Below are positions 46,950 to 59,258 of a DNA stretch of 64,000 nt, in pieces. Source of the stretch: Candidatus Margulisiibacteriota bacterium (lineage in GTDB: Bacteria > Margulisbacteria > WOR-1 > JAHJIW01); assembly GCA_018823125.1 (NCBI GenBank), contig JAHJIW010000005.1:142542-206541 (forward strand), read 5' to 3'. The notes below the pieces were generated by a model, which did not search any database, had not been told where the DNA came from, and saw nothing but the letters and a program-made list of their open reading frames with translations. A program made the translations under genes and the position numbers. Within the stretch, counting starts at the first letter, position 1. Each line of letters starts with the position of its first letter.

Positions 46950-47207
46950 TTACTTATCCTTTCACGAAAGTTACCACAATTCTAGCATATAAGTGGGGGA
47001 GCTAAAAGAGAAGGAAAATAGGAGTTTCCCTAAAGGTTAGAAACAATGGCCCAAAGCAAACCTTCATGAGGGTGAGCGGGCATGGTTTCCGCCGCAGGCG
47101 GGAGAGCGAGCCCGAAATGAGAGCCCGAAAACCACGCTGGGGTTTGAGGGCGTGTTTGCGCGGGCCATTGATTTTTAGAATTTTGGGGAAACTCCTGTAA
47201 AATAACC

Positions 47208-47237
47208 TTGACAGCAAAAGCATACATATAATATACT
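47208..47237 (+). promoter_or_regulatory. Sigma-70-type promoter of groESL (TTGACA-N18-TATACT)
   Basis: ccTTGACAgcaaaagcatacatataaTATACTatgg, immediately upstream of CIRCE. Confidence 0.55.
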
Positions 47238-47245
47238 ATGGTCTG

Positions 47246-47272
47246 TTAGCACTCGTCTTTGGTGAGTGCTAA
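47246..47272 (+). promoter_or_regulatory. CIRCE element (HrcA operator)
   Basis: TTAGCACTC-gtctttggt-GAGTGCTAA: perfect 9-N9-9 inverted repeat matching the CIRCE consensus, 25 nt upstream of groES. Confidence 0.9.
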
Positions 47273-47296
47273 TCGTACGTAAGGAGGTGAATCAAG

Positions 47297-47590
47297 TTGG
47301 CCACTAAACTAAAACCACTCGGAGATAAAGTAATCATAAAACCGGCTCCTGCTGAAGAAAAAACCAAAAGCGGAATTGTTCTTCCGGACAGCGCAAAAGA
47401 AAAACCATCAGAAGGCACCGTCATCGCGGTCGGCAGCGGAAAAGTAACCGATAACGGACAAACCGTAGCTTTAGAAGTTAAAGTTGGGGATGTGGTGTTG
47501 TATTCAAAATACGGCGGAACCGAAATTAAGCAAGACGGTGAGGAACTTATTCTTTTATCCGAAAGAGATATTCTTGCAATTAAAAAATAA
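47297..47590 (+). CDS. groES: Co-chaperonin GroES
   Basis: TTG start 8 nt after AAGGAGGTGA. ...[32 protein letters not shown]... Confidence 0.9.
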   Translation: MATKLKPLGDKVIIKPAPAEEKTKSGIVLPDSAKEKPSEGTVIAVGSGKVTDNGQTVALEVKVGDVVLYSKYGGTEIKQDGEELILLSERDILAIKK

Positions 47591-47611
47591 CAGGAGGTTA
47601 AAAAACTTAAC

Positions 47612-49261
47612 ATGGGATCTAAACAAATTATTATGGGTGACGAAGCATGGCGATTACTCGAAAAAGGAGTAACTAAAGTCGCCAATGCAGTAAAAGCTAC
47701 ATTAGGCCCGCGCGGCAGAAATGTAGTGCTCGAAAAAAAATGGGGTTCTCCAACCATCACTAACGACGGAGTAACCATTGCTAAAGAAATCGACCTTGCC
47801 GACCCGTTCGAAAACATGGGAGCCCAGCTTTTAAAAGAAATTGCTTCCAAAACCAATGACATCGCAGGAGACGGAACTACCACCGCTACACTTTTAGGCC
47901 AAATCATATTTAAAGAAGGTTTAAAAAATGTAGTTTCCGGCGCCAACCCGATGGCCATTAAAAAAGGTGTCCAAAAGGCAGTCGATGCAGCCGTCGCAGA
48001 ATTAAAAAAGCAAAGTAAACCGGTCGAAAGCAAAGAATCCATTGCCCAGGTTGCGGCCATTTCTGCCAATAACGATAACGAAATTGGCAACTTAATTGCC
48101 GACGCCATGGAAAAGGTCGGCAAAGACGGCGTCATTACCGTTGAAGAATCAAAGGGAATTGAAACCAATCTGGATGTTGTAGAAGGAATGCAATTTGATA
48201 AAGGCTATGTTTCTCCATATATGGTTACAGATAGAGAAAGAATGGAAGCCGTTTTAGAAGATTGTGTAATATTACTGACTGACAAAAAAATCAGCGCAAT
48301 TAAAGATCTGCTGCCCACCCTTGAAAAAGTAGTGCAGGAATCTAAACCATTACTAATTATTGCGGACGATATCGAAGGCGAAGCGCTGGCCACCATCGTA
48401 GTTAATAAATTGCGTGGAACCTTAAACGTAGTAGCCGTTAAGGCTCCGGGTTTTGGCGATCGCCGCAAAGCAATGTTAGATGATATTGCAATCTTAACCG
48501 GCGGTGAAGTAATTTCTGAGGAAAAGGGACTCTCCTTAGAAAAGATAGATGATACTCTTCTTGGAAAAGCAAAAAAGATCATTGTTAAAAAAGAAGAAAC
48601 TACCATTATTGAAGGCAATGGCAAATCCGCTGCAGTTAAAGAGCGCATTGCCCAGATCAAAAAAGAAATCGAAACTTCTGACTCGTCTTATGACAAGGAA
48701 AAACTGCAGGAACGCTTAGCCAAGCTTTCGGGCGGAGTAGCCATTATTAAAGCCGGCGCCGCTACCGAAACCGAGCTTAAAGAGAAAAAACACCGTATTG
48801 AAGATGCTTTATCGGCTACCCGCGCAGCGGTAGAAGAGGGCATCATTGCCGGCGGTGGATCAACCTTTATCCATATTCTTCCAGCAATAGAAAAACTTGA
48901 AGACAAAGTCGAGGGTGACGAAAAAATTGGAGTTACTATTGTACGTAAGTCTTTGGCTGAACCGCTCAGGCAAATCGCCATAAATGCAGGCATGGAAGGA
49001 TCCATCGTAGTTGAAAAGGTGAAAGGTGAAAAAGCCGGAATTGGATTTGATGCCCAAAAGCTGGAATATACCGATATGTTCAAAGCTGGGATTGTCGATC
49101 CAGTTAAGGTAACCCGCTCGGCACTGCAAAATGCAGCTAGTATTGCGGCGATGCTGCTTACTACTGAAGTTTTAATTGCCGACAATCCAGATGAAAAGAA
49201 AGATGCTTCCGCGATGCCATCCATGGGTGGAGGCGGCATGCCAGGCATGGGAATGATGTAA
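47612..49261 (+). CDS. groEL: Chaperonin GroEL
   Basis: [27 protein letters not shown]-repeat C-terminus ([11 protein letters not shown]). Confidence 0.95.
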   Translation: MGSKQIIMGDEAWRLLEKGVTKVANAVKATLGPRGRNVVLEKKWGSPTITNDGVTIAKEIDLADPFENMGAQLLKEIASKTNDIAGDGTTTATLLGQIIFKEGLKNVVSGANPMAIKKGVQKAVDAAVAELKKQSKPVESKESIAQVAAISANNDNEIGNLIADAMEKVGKDGVITVEESKGIETNLDVVEGMQFDKGYVSPYMVTDRERMEAVLEDCVILLTDKKISAIKDLLPTLEKVVQESKPLLIIADDIEGEALATIVVNKLRGTLNVVAVKAPGFGDRRKAMLDDIAILTGGEVISEEKGLSLEKIDDTLLGKAKKIIVKKEETTIIEGNGKSAAVKERIAQIKKEIETSDSSYDKEKLQERLAKLSGGVAIIKAGAATETELKEKKHRIEDALSATRAAVEEGIIAGGGSTFIHILPAIEKLEDKVEGDEKIGVTIVRKSLAEPLRQIAINAGMEGSIVVEKVKGEKAGIGFDAQKLEYTDMFKAGIVDPVKVTRSALQNAASIAAMLLTTEVLIADNPDEKKDASAMPSMGGGGMPGMGMM

Positions 49262-49290
49262 AAAGCTTTAAGCTTTCACAAAATAATAAA

Positions 49291-49320
49291 AAGGCCCTGA
49301 TTTTCGGGGCCTTTTTTATT
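49291..49320 (+). terminator. Rho-independent terminator after groEL
   Basis: aaGGCCCtgattttcGGGGCCttttttatt. Confidence 0.7.
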
Positions 49321-49338
49321 TACATTAATTGAGGTATT

Positions 49339-49397
49339 TGCTATAATCCAATGGTAATTTGAAGCACACACAAAGTGGGAAAAACCCCACTTTTTTC
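49339..49397 (+). promoter_or_regulatory. nusA promoter (extended -10 TGCTATAAT) plus leader terminator-like hairpin (attenuator candidate)
   Basis: tTGcTATAAT at 49339-49347. Hairpin GTGGGaaaaacCCCAC followed by TTTTTT at 49375-49396, before the nusA SD. Confidence 0.45.
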
Positions 49398-49417
49398 GTT
49401 CTAGGAGGATGATGGGT

Positions 49418-50734
49418 ATGAAAATCGAAAGATTAAAAGAAATGTTAGAAGTAATTGAGCGCGAGCGAGGTATTTCAAAAGAAGCCTTACTCGATGCGCT
49501 CAAAGCTTCGCTGGTATCCGCCTGCAAAAAGAAATTTACCAATATCGAAAATCTGGAAGCCGATATTCAGGAAGACGGCACCACCAAGATCTTTTCTAAC
49601 AAAACGGTAGTCGCCAAGGTTAACGATCCGGAACTTGAAATCACTAAACCGCAGGCGAAAAAGCTGGGAGCCAACGCTAATTTAGGCGAAATCGTAAAAA
49701 TTAACGTCACCCCTGAAGACTTTGGCCGACTGGCCGCCCAAACCGCTAAACAAGTCATTATTCAACGCATTCGCGAAGCCGAAAAAGAGGGAGCCTTTGA
49801 AGAATTCAGTAAAAAATCCGGAGAAATTATTACCGGAATGATTCAACGCAGAGAACGGGGCGGGTACCTGGTTAACCTGGGCCGCATCGAAACCTTTTTA
49901 CCTGCCAGCGAAACTATTCCCGGTGAAATTTTCCGTCCTAAAGACAGGGTTAAATTGTATGTAGTCGAGACTAAAATGTCTCCCAAGGGACCGCACGTAA
50001 ACATTTCCCGCACCAATGCCAATTTAGTAAAAAAATTATTTGAGCTGGAAATACCGGAGATCCTCGAAGGCATCTTGGAAATCAAAGCCATTGCCCGCGA
50101 AGCCGGACGCCGCACCAAAATTGCAGTTTTAAGTAAAGATAAAAACGTGGCCGCGGTTGGAACCTGCGTAGGCCAGATGGGATCCCGCATTCAAAATATC
50201 GTTAGAGAGTTAGGCAACGAAAAAGTAGATATTATCGAATGGAACGATGATCCCAAAAGGCTGATCTCCAATTCGTTGAGCCCGGCTAAAATCATTAAAG
50301 TAAAACTCAACAAAGAAGCGAAAGAAGCCAAAGTTATCGTTCCCGAAGATCAATTATCGCTCGCCATCGGCAGAGAAGGGCAAAACGTACGTTTAGCCGC
50401 TAAATTAACCACCTGGAAGATCGATATCATCAATGAAAAAGACGATGCAGAGGCAGAGGCCGCAGCCGCAGCGGGCGAAGCAGGAGAAAAGAAAACCAAG
50501 AAAAAAGAAAAAACCACAGAAGCAAAGGAATCAAAAACCAAAATCCATGAACTGGCCAAAGAACTTTCGATTACCAGCAAAGCAATATTAGCTAAAGCCA
50601 AAGAGCTGGAAATTGAAGCGAAGGCCGCCACCTCAAGCTTAGCCGACGAAGATGTTAAAAAGTTAAAGGAAGCGTTAGCGCAACCGGCAAGCGAAGAAAA
50701 GGAAGAAGAAAAAGAAGATGCCCAAGAAAGTTAA
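49418..50734 (+). CDS. nusA: Transcription termination/antitermination factor NusA
   Basis: S1 and KH domains (e.g. GEIITGMIQRRERGGYLVNLG), acidic C-terminus. The ATG at 49418 has better spacing from AGGAGG than the track start at 49409. Confidence 0.85.
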   Translation: MKIERLKEMLEVIERERGISKEALLDALKASLVSACKKKFTNIENLEADIQEDGTTKIFSNKTVVAKVNDPELEITKPQAKKLGANANLGEIVKINVTPEDFGRLAAQTAKQVIIQRIREAEKEGAFEEFSKKSGEIITGMIQRRERGGYLVNLGRIETFLPASETIPGEIFRPKDRVKLYVVETKMSPKGPHVNISRTNANLVKKLFELEIPEILEGILEIKAIAREAGRRTKIAVLSKDKNVAAVGTCVGQMGSRIQNIVRELGNEKVDIIEWNDDPKRLISNSLSPAKIIKVKLNKEAKEAKVIVPEDQLSLAIGREGQNVRLAAKLTTWKIDIINEKDDAEAEAAAAAGEAGEKKTKKKEKTTEAKESKTKIHELAKELSITSKAILAKAKELEIEAKAATSSLADEDVKKLKEALAQPASEEKEEEKEDAQES

Positions 50735-52793
50735 AGTTGGATCCCTAGCCAAAACCCTTAAAATTGAGGTCAAGGAATTACTGACATTACTAAAAGACCT
50801 GGGGGTCGATGCTAAAACTTCCGCTTCATCCGTTGAAGCTGATTCCGCTAAACTAGTTAAAGAATTAGTACAAGAACAACAGGGTAAAAAGAAGCAAGCT
50901 CCCAAAGCCCCAAAAGAAGCCGCCCCCAAGAAAAAAGCAACTAAAGCCATCAAGAAAGAAGAGCCCGTACAGGTTGAAGAGGAAGCCGAAGAACCGCAAG
51001 TTGAAGAAGTGGTTGAGGAAGCCCCCGCTGAACCCGAACTAAAAGTAATTAAAATTGATACCCCCCAGGTTATTTTAAAAGATCTATCCGAAAAGATGGA
51101 GATTAAGCCTTCGGAACTGATCAAAGAACTAATGAGAAAAGGCGTAATGGTTACCATTAACCAACAGATTGATGCTTCCATCATTCAGCAAATCGCTCCT
51201 GATTTAGGCTATAAAATTGAAATCGAAGAAAAAGTTAAAGCCAAAAAAGACAAATCCACCGAAGTAGTGGACGAAACCAAACTCAAAACGCGTCCTCCGG
51301 TTGTCGTTATTATGGGCCACGTTGATCACGGAAAAACCAGGCTACTGGATGCCATCCGCAAAACCAACGTAATCGATACCGAAGCGGGTGGTATTACTCA
51401 GCATATCGGTGCTTATCAGGTTGAGGTTCACGGCAAAAAGGTAACTTTCTTGGATACTCCCGGTCACGAAGCCTTTACTGCTTTACGCGCCCGGGGAGCT
51501 AAAATTACCGATATCGCAATTTTAGTAGTCGCCGCTGATGACGGAGTAATGCCGCAAACCGTTGAAGCCATTGACCACGCTAAAGCCGCCGAAATTCCAA
51601 TTATTGTGGCCATCAATAAAATCGACAAAGAAGGCGCTAATCCTGACCGGGTAAAACAACAGCTTTCCGAACACGGTCTCATTCCCGAAGACTGGGCCGG
51701 AAAAACGGTAATGGTTCCCATTTCCGCTAAACAAGAAACAGGAATCGATGATTTATTAGAAATGATTTTATTGGTAGCCGATGTCCAGGAACTAAGAGCT
51801 AATCCCGAAGGACCGGCCCGGGGCGTAGTCATTGAATCCAAACTGGATAAAGGGCGCGGATCGGTAGCCACCGTGCTGATTAATTCGGGTACTTTAAAAG
51901 TAGGGGATTCAATTGTTATTGGATCAACTTACGGAAGAGTAAGAGCACTCTTAAACGACCTGGGTAAAAAACTCTCCAGTGCACCGCCGGCGACTCCGGT
52001 TGAAATTTTGGGTATCAATGCCGTTCCTAGAGCTGGTGAATATCTAAAGGTCACTAAAGGAGACAAAGAAGCCCGTCTCGAAGCCGAAAAAAACCAGGAA
52101 GCCGAAGGCAAAAAATTAAAAGGTAAACTTTTTAGTTTAGAGGATTTTTCTAAACAAATTAAAGAAGGCGAAAAAGAACGTAAAGATTTAAATCTAATTG
52201 TTAAAGCCGACGTCGATGGCTCGATGGAAGCATTAGCAGCCGCACTGCAGGGGCTTTCCAGCCAAACGATTGCCATCCACATCATCCATTCAGGCGTAGG
52301 TCCCATAACCGAATCCGATATTATGCTGGCAATTGCCTCAAAATCCATTGTCATTGGTTTTCACGTTGGCTACGAAGGCGCCGCCAAAACCATCGCCATC
52401 CGTGAAGGAGTCGATACCCGGGCATATAACATTATTTATAAAGTTACCGAAGACATCAAGGCCGCGATGGAAGGATTATACGAACCCGTATACGAGGAAG
52501 CGGTCATCGGCCATGCTAGAGTAACCGCTTTATTTGAATTTTCTAAGGTGGGGGTCATTGCCGGCTGTTATGTTGAAGACGGCTTACTCAAACGCGGTGC
52601 CGGACTCCGCCAAACCAGAGACGGCAATATTATCTACGAGGGAACGATCGAAAACTTAAAACGATTTAAAGACGATATCAAAGAAGTACAAAAAAACTTT
52701 GAATGCGGTGTATCCATTAAAGGCTACACCAATTTTAAAGAAGGGGATCGGATCGAGTGCTTTGAAATGCGTCCTAAAGCCAGAAGAGGTTAA
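50718..52793 (+). CDS. infB: Translation initiation factor IF-2
   Basis: GHVDHGKTRLLD, DTPGHEAF, NKID G-domain motifs. 691 aa. Confidence 0.9.
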   Translation: MPKKVKVGSLAKTLKIEVKELLTLLKDLGVDAKTSASSVEADSAKLVKELVQEQQGKKKQAPKAPKEAAPKKKATKAIKKEEPVQVEEEAEEPQVEEVVEEAPAEPELKVIKIDTPQVILKDLSEKMEIKPSELIKELMRKGVMVTINQQIDASIIQQIAPDLGYKIEIEEKVKAKKDKSTEVVDETKLKTRPPVVVIMGHVDHGKTRLLDAIRKTNVIDTEAGGITQHIGAYQVEVHGKKVTFLDTPGHEAFTALRARGAKITDIAILVVAADDGVMPQTVEAIDHAKAAEIPIIVAINKIDKEGANPDRVKQQLSEHGLIPEDWAGKTVMVPISAKQETGIDDLLEMILLVADVQELRANPEGPARGVVIESKLDKGRGSVATVLINSGTLKVGDSIVIGSTYGRVRALLNDLGKKLSSAPPATPVEILGINAVPRAGEYLKVTKGDKEARLEAEKNQEAEGKKLKGKLFSLEDFSKQIKEGEKERKDLNLIVKADVDGSMEALAAALQGLSSQTIAIHIIHSGVGPITESDIMLAIASKSIVIGFHVGYEGAAKTIAIREGVDTRAYNIIYKVTEDIKAAMEGLYEPVYEEAVIGHARVTALFEFSKVGVIAGCYVEDGLLKRGAGLRQTRDGNIIYEGTIENLKRFKDDIKEVQKNFECGVSIKGYTNFKEGDRIECFEMRPKARRG

Positions 52794-52795
52794 GC

Positions 52796-53191
52796 ATGTC
52801 GAGGATGGACCGCATCATTGAACTGATTAAACAGGAAGTAAGCTCGATTCTTAAGCGTAAAGTAAATGATCCCCGGATCGGGTTTGTGAGCATCACCGAT
52901 GTATCCATAACCCCGGATCTTAAGTACGCCCAGATTTATGTAAGTATCATGGGCGACGAAACTGCTAAGCTAAAGAGTCTAGCCGGACTCAATAGCGCTA
53001 AAAGTTTCATTCGCGGAGAACTGGGGCACGTCTTAGAGTTTCGGGTAGTGCCGGATATTAGTTTTGTCAGAGATGATTCAATTGAGAGAGGATCGCGCAT
53101 CTTGAATCTGCTCAGCAAAATTAAATACGAGGGGAAAAAACATGATCAAAAACCTAAAAAGCGTCGCAAAGTTACTAAAAAAAGAAAATAG
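52796..53191 (+). CDS. rbfA: Ribosome-binding factor A
   Basis: 131 aa, KH-like RbfA N-terminus (RIIELIKQEVSSIL), basic C-terminal tail. Confidence 0.85.
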   Translation: MSRMDRIIELIKQEVSSILKRKVNDPRIGFVSITDVSITPDLKYAQIYVSIMGDETAKLKSLAGLNSAKSFIRGELGHVLEFRVVPDISFVRDDSIERGSRILNLLSKIKYEGKKHDQKPKKRRKVTKKRK

Positions 53192-54104
53192 CTTTTTAAT
53201 CGTGTGTCACATTGATCCCGACGGCGATACCATCGGATCCGCTCTCGGCTTAAAATTTGTACTCAATAAATTGGGCAAAAACGTCACGGTATATTCAAGA
53301 GACCATATACCAAAAATATATCAATTTTTACCCGGGATTTCCTCAATTAAACAAGACCTTCCCCAATCAAAAACATTTGACGTGATCATCAGCGTAGATG
53401 CCGGTGACGTTAAACGCATCGGTAATGCTCCCAGTATTCTTCCCCGCGGTAAAACTCTGGTTAATATTGATCACCATCCGGATAATACCTATTACGGAGA
53501 CCTAAACTTAGTAGAAGGGGTATCCTGCGTTGCTGAATTGATTTATAAACTGGCTAAAGAATTAAAGGTTAAACTCGATGCCAAAGCCGCAATTTGTCTT
53601 TATGTCGCGATGATGACCGATACCGGCAATTTTAAATACGAAAATACCACTGCTAAAACTTTTGGCATCGCTAAGGATTTAGTTGAAGCCGGGGCGGATC
53701 CCAGTGAAGCCGCTATTCACGTCTACGAAGAAAAACCATTTACCGCGGTTGCGATTCATGCCTTTGCGGCATCGCACGCTAAGCTGGCTCACGGCGGAAA
53801 AGTAATCTGGTCAACCATTAAGCGCTCAACCATGAAAAAAATGCATGCCACCGATGAAGACCTCAATGGCATTGTAGATAAATTACGTGCGGTTGAAGGA
53901 GTAGAAGTTGCTATCCTGATTAGAGAACACGGTAAAAATCAGGTCAAAGCTAACTTCCGCTCAAAAAGAAGAGTCAACGTACAAAAAATCGCTAATAAAT
54001 TGGGTGGCGGAGGACACGTGAGAAGTTCGGGTGCGGTAATCAAAGGGAAAATTGATGCTGTTGAAAAGAAAGTTATTAAAACGGTGCTGGACCAATTAAA
54101 GTAG
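53142..54104 (+). CDS. nrnA: DHH/DHHA1 phosphoesterase, NrnA-like nanoRNase/pAp phosphatase
   Basis: HIDPDGDTIGS, DHH (NIDHHPDN), GGGH in the DHHA1 C-terminus. Overlaps the rbfA 3' end by 50 nt; SD GAGGGG is present. Confidence 0.7.
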   Translation: MIKNLKSVAKLLKKENSFLIVCHIDPDGDTIGSALGLKFVLNKLGKNVTVYSRDHIPKIYQFLPGISSIKQDLPQSKTFDVIISVDAGDVKRIGNAPSILPRGKTLVNIDHHPDNTYYGDLNLVEGVSCVAELIYKLAKELKVKLDAKAAICLYVAMMTDTGNFKYENTTAKTFGIAKDLVEAGADPSEAAIHVYEEKPFTAVAIHAFAASHAKLAHGGKVIWSTIKRSTMKKMHATDEDLNGIVDKLRAVEGVEVAILIREHGKNQVKANFRSKRRVNVQKIANKLGGGGHVRSSGAVIKGKIDAVEKKVIKTVLDQLK

Positions 54105-54107
54105 TTT

Positions 54108-54845
54108 ATGACACACGACGGTATATTAATTGTAAACAAACCTAAAGGAATCACCTCATTTGATGTTATTCGCAAACTCCGCAAACTCTTAAACATAAAA
54201 AAGATGGGGCATACCGGCACCTTAGATCCCTTGGCAGAAGGGGTTTTACCCATTTTCATTGGTAAAGCTACTAAAGAAATCACGGGGTATCTGGCCGGGG
54301 ATAAAGGCTATGTTGCCGAGATGACATTAGGTATCCGGACCGATACGCTAGATAGTGAAGGAAAAATAATTGACCAGAGACCAAAGACCAGAGACCAAAG
54401 ACCGGCCGCCAAAGGGAACCACCCCCTAAATCAACAATTAGAACAGCTTCTTCCAAAATACATCGGGCAAATTGAGCAGCTGCCGCCGATGTACTCCGCC
54501 GTACATCACAAAGGCAAACGTTTATACGAATTGGCCCGCCAGGGAAAAACCGTAGAAAGAAAACCACGGAACATAACAATCCATTCAATTAAGGTATTAG
54601 AAACTACCGATGGTGAATTTCCCAAGGTTAAATTAGAGGTTTTATGCTCAAAAGGTACCTATATCCGCCAGTTAATCTCGGATATCGGCGATGATTTGGG
54701 TTGCGGCGCCCATATGTCAGCCTTAACCCGTATTATTTCGGCGCCTTTCCATCTTTCCCAAGCCTTTACCCTGGATGCAATAGAAGATTTGGCAAAGATC
54801 GGCAAAGTTGATACAATTGTTCTTAAGGTAGATTCTCTAAAGTAG
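54108..54845 (+). CDS. truB: tRNA pseudouridine-55 synthase TruB
   Basis: GHTGTLDPLAEGVLPI (catalytic Asp). Contains an in-frame insert with a 14-nt tandem repeat. Confidence 0.85.
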   Translation: MTHDGILIVNKPKGITSFDVIRKLRKLLNIKKMGHTGTLDPLAEGVLPIFIGKATKEITGYLAGDKGYVAEMTLGIRTDTLDSEGKIIDQRPKTRDQRPAAKGNHPLNQQLEQLLPKYIGQIEQLPPMYSAVHHKGKRLYELARQGKTVERKPRNITIHSIKVLETTDGEFPKVKLEVLCSKGTYIRQLISDIGDDLGCGAHMSALTRIISAPFHLSQAFTLDAIEDLAKIGKVDTIVLKVDSLK

Positions 54846-54863
54846 CTGATTAAACTTTCAGGA

Positions 54864-56924
<2,061 letters not shown>

Positions 56925-58658
56925 TTATCTAGGTAATTCCCCACTAATAAATGCATTGGTCATGGTTTCGGTTGAAGGATTAAGATCATCTCTGGCAGCA
57001 TCAACCCTAAAGGTTGAATCTGCATTTGATCTAAAGAATAAATTTCTTATTTTTACACCTAATTGTTTACCTAATTCAACACCCCATTGATCAAAACTAT
57101 TGATACCCCAAATAAATCCTTTTACCGCTGCACGATGCTCTGTCCAGGCTAGTAATGCTCCTGCAGTAAATGGGGTGAGCTCCTCAATTAACATAACACT
57201 CGATGGGCGATTGCCGGTAAAAACTTTATGTGGAGATAAGCCAGCAATTGCTTCTGGAGAGAGCTTATTTTGGCTGACTAATTCATTGATAACCTCAACC
57301 TCACTTTTCCCAAAAGCCAGCGCATCCGGTTGGGCTAGAACGTTAGAAGATAATTCTTGGTGATGATCAACTTCTTCCGCCGTTTTTTCTCCAACTTGAT
57401 ATTGCGGATTTATCACACCAATAAAATCAGCCGCAACTTTCATGCCTTGGTGAATCAATTGATAGAAAGAATGCTGGCCATTTGTACCCGCTTGGCCAAA
57501 AACTACTTCACCAGTAAAGTATCTAACTACTCTTCCCCAAAGATCAGTTCCTTTTCCATTACTTTCCATCTCAACTTGTTGAGTATGGGCAGGTAGTTTA
57601 TCAAGCGCCTGGCTATAGGGGAGCAACGCTCTAGTTCTAATTCCTAAGAAGTTAATATTCCAAATATCAATTAAAGCAGAAAGAACCGGTATATTTCTGC
57701 TAAAAGGTGTATGCCTAAAATGTTGATCCATCCAACAGGCACCTTCAAGAATTTCTGTAGCTCGATCGTATCCAATATATAATGCTAGTGGTAGCATTCC
57801 AACTGCAGAAGTTGCACTATAACGACCACCAACCCAATCCCAGAATCCAAACATATTGTCCGTATCTATCCCAAATGCTTTAACCTTTTCGGTTGCAGTA
57901 GATGCAGCCACAAAGTGTTTTTTAACAACCTCAGGACTATCCCCCAATCTCTCTCTCATCCATGCTTTTGCGGTTCTTGCATTTTTCATGGTTTCAGCCG
58001 TCGTAAATGTTTTTGATTCTAAGACAAACAAGGTTTCCGCAGGATCTAAATTTTTAGTAACCGTTTTGAAATCGTGGCCATCAACATTAGCTACAAACCT
58101 TAAATCCATTCCTTCTTTTGCATAAGCCGCACAAGCTTCAGACAAAAATTGTGGTCCCAAATATGAACCGCCAATTCCAATCGCAACAATATTCTTTATT
58201 TTTCTATCCGTTACACCCGTTCTTTCTCCACCTAAGACCTCATTAGAAAACGTTTTAATCTTTTCTAATACTTCCCTCACTTGTGGAATTACATTTTCTC
58301 CATCAACGTATACCGGGGTATTATCTTGTTGACGCAATGCGGTATGCAAAACTGCCCGACCCTCAGTAACATTTATTTTCTCCCCATTAAACATAGCTTC
58401 GATTTTAGCTTTTAACCCCGCCGCATCCGCTAACCCAAATAATAAATCCATGGTCTTGTCAGTTGCCAACTGACGGGAATAATCAAAAAATACATGTTCA
58501 GTTCTCACTGACATGTCTTCAGCCCGATGCGGATCACTTTCAAAAGCTTTCCTTAAATTAAGTGGACTAGCTTTGCGTTTTAATGCATGCGCTCTCAATC
58601 TTATCCATTCATACGTACGATTAATTTGTCTTGGTGCTCTTGTAACAGTTGCTCCCAT
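56925..58658 (-). CDS. pgi: Glucose-6-phosphate isomerase, long (577 aa) eukaryote/proteobacterial-type
   Basis: 577 aa. GIGGSYLGPQ and surrounding PGI signature regions. Confidence 0.85.
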   Translation of the reverse strand: MGATVTRAPRQINRTYEWIRLRAHALKRKASPLNLRKAFESDPHRAEDMSVRTEHVFFDYSRQLATDKTMDLLFGLADAAGLKAKIEAMFNGEKINVTEGRAVLHTALRQQDNTPVYVDGENVIPQVREVLEKIKTFSNEVLGGERTGVTDRKIKNIVAIGIGGSYLGPQFLSEACAAYAKEGMDLRFVANVDGHDFKTVTKNLDPAETLFVLESKTFTTAETMKNARTAKAWMRERLGDSPEVVKKHFVAASTATEKVKAFGIDTDNMFGFWDWVGGRYSATSAVGMLPLALYIGYDRATEILEGACWMDQHFRHTPFSRNIPVLSALIDIWNINFLGIRTRALLPYSQALDKLPAHTQQVEMESNGKGTDLWGRVVRYFTGEVVFGQAGTNGQHSFYQLIHQGMKVAADFIGVINPQYQVGEKTAEEVDHHQELSSNVLAQPDALAFGKSEVEVINELVSQNKLSPEAIAGLSPHKVFTGNRPSSVMLIEELTPFTAGALLAWTEHRAAVKGFIWGINSFDQWGVELGKQLGVKIRNLFFRSNADSTFRVDAARDDLNPSTETMTNAFISGELPR

Positions 58659-58683
58659 TTTCTTTTCCCCCTTAAAAAAATAA

Positions 58684-58707
58684 CCCCGACGCTGTCGGGG
58701 TTTTCTT
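58684..58707. terminator. Bidirectional terminator-like hairpin
   Basis: aaaaaaataaCCCCGACgctGTCGGGGttttctt: 7-bp GC stem, 3-nt loop, A-tract on one side and T-tract on the other. Confidence 0.5.
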
Positions 58708-58806
58708 AAAACTCTTCTGTTGACTTATCGGTCTTCCGCATAATAAATTTCACTTTTTAAGCCGATTTTTTTTCGCTTTTCTGCCGATTTTTGCTAAAAT
58801 ATAAAT

Positions 58807-59079
58807 ATGAAAAAGCGTCTCGAAGTTGAGTTTATCGGCAATGTTCAAATGGTAGGATTTCGCTATACCGCCCAATATATCGCCCGGCGCTATCCGGTAG
58901 TAGGGTACGCTAAGAATTTAAGTAACGGAAACGTTGAAGTAGCGGTTGAAGGCGAGGAATCCGTGCTTAAAGACTTCATTAATGACGTTAGAGATTCTAT
59001 GGCCCGCTATATTGACCGTGAACAAGTAGCCTGGATGGAACCACAGGGACAGTTTAAGGACTTCAGGATTAGGGGTTAG
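58807..59079 (+). CDS. acyP: Acylphosphatase
   Basis: 90 aa. VQMVGFRYTAQ signature (GxVQGVxFR-like). Confidence 0.7.
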   Translation: MKKRLEVEFIGNVQMVGFRYTAQYIARRYPVVGYAKNLSNGNVEVAVEGEESVLKDFINDVRDSMARYIDREQVAWMEPQGQFKDFRIRG

Positions 59080-59258
59080 TGTCGAAATCTACTTCATATT
59101 GTTACTGGCCTGACGAAAATCACTACATCCACACGCATAAAATCATTGGCATAAAAATTGCTAGTTATTATCTCGGATTGGCACGCCGATGTCGAAAATT
59201 CAACATCTTGACATGGGGTATATAATTAATTCGCATAGGGGGACAGAAGGAGAGAAAT

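Noticed and set aside
47269-49248. Long antisense ORFs (47269..48168, 48205..48660, 48688..49248, 48860..49129) opposite groEL
   Set aside because: They are S/A/P-rich low-complexity translations of the antisense strand of a highly conserved gene, with no SDs. This is a typical GC-skew artefact.
49276-49542. Minus-strand 88-aa ORF in the nusA leader, considered as a possible divergent rimP
   Set aside because: The translation has no RimP-like features, overlaps the nusA promoter, leader and start, and has no SD.
50350-52354. Antisense ORFs inside nusA and infB (e.g. 50675..51184, 51464..51871, 51929..52354)
   Set aside because: They are antisense to conserved genes, have low-complexity composition and no translation signals.
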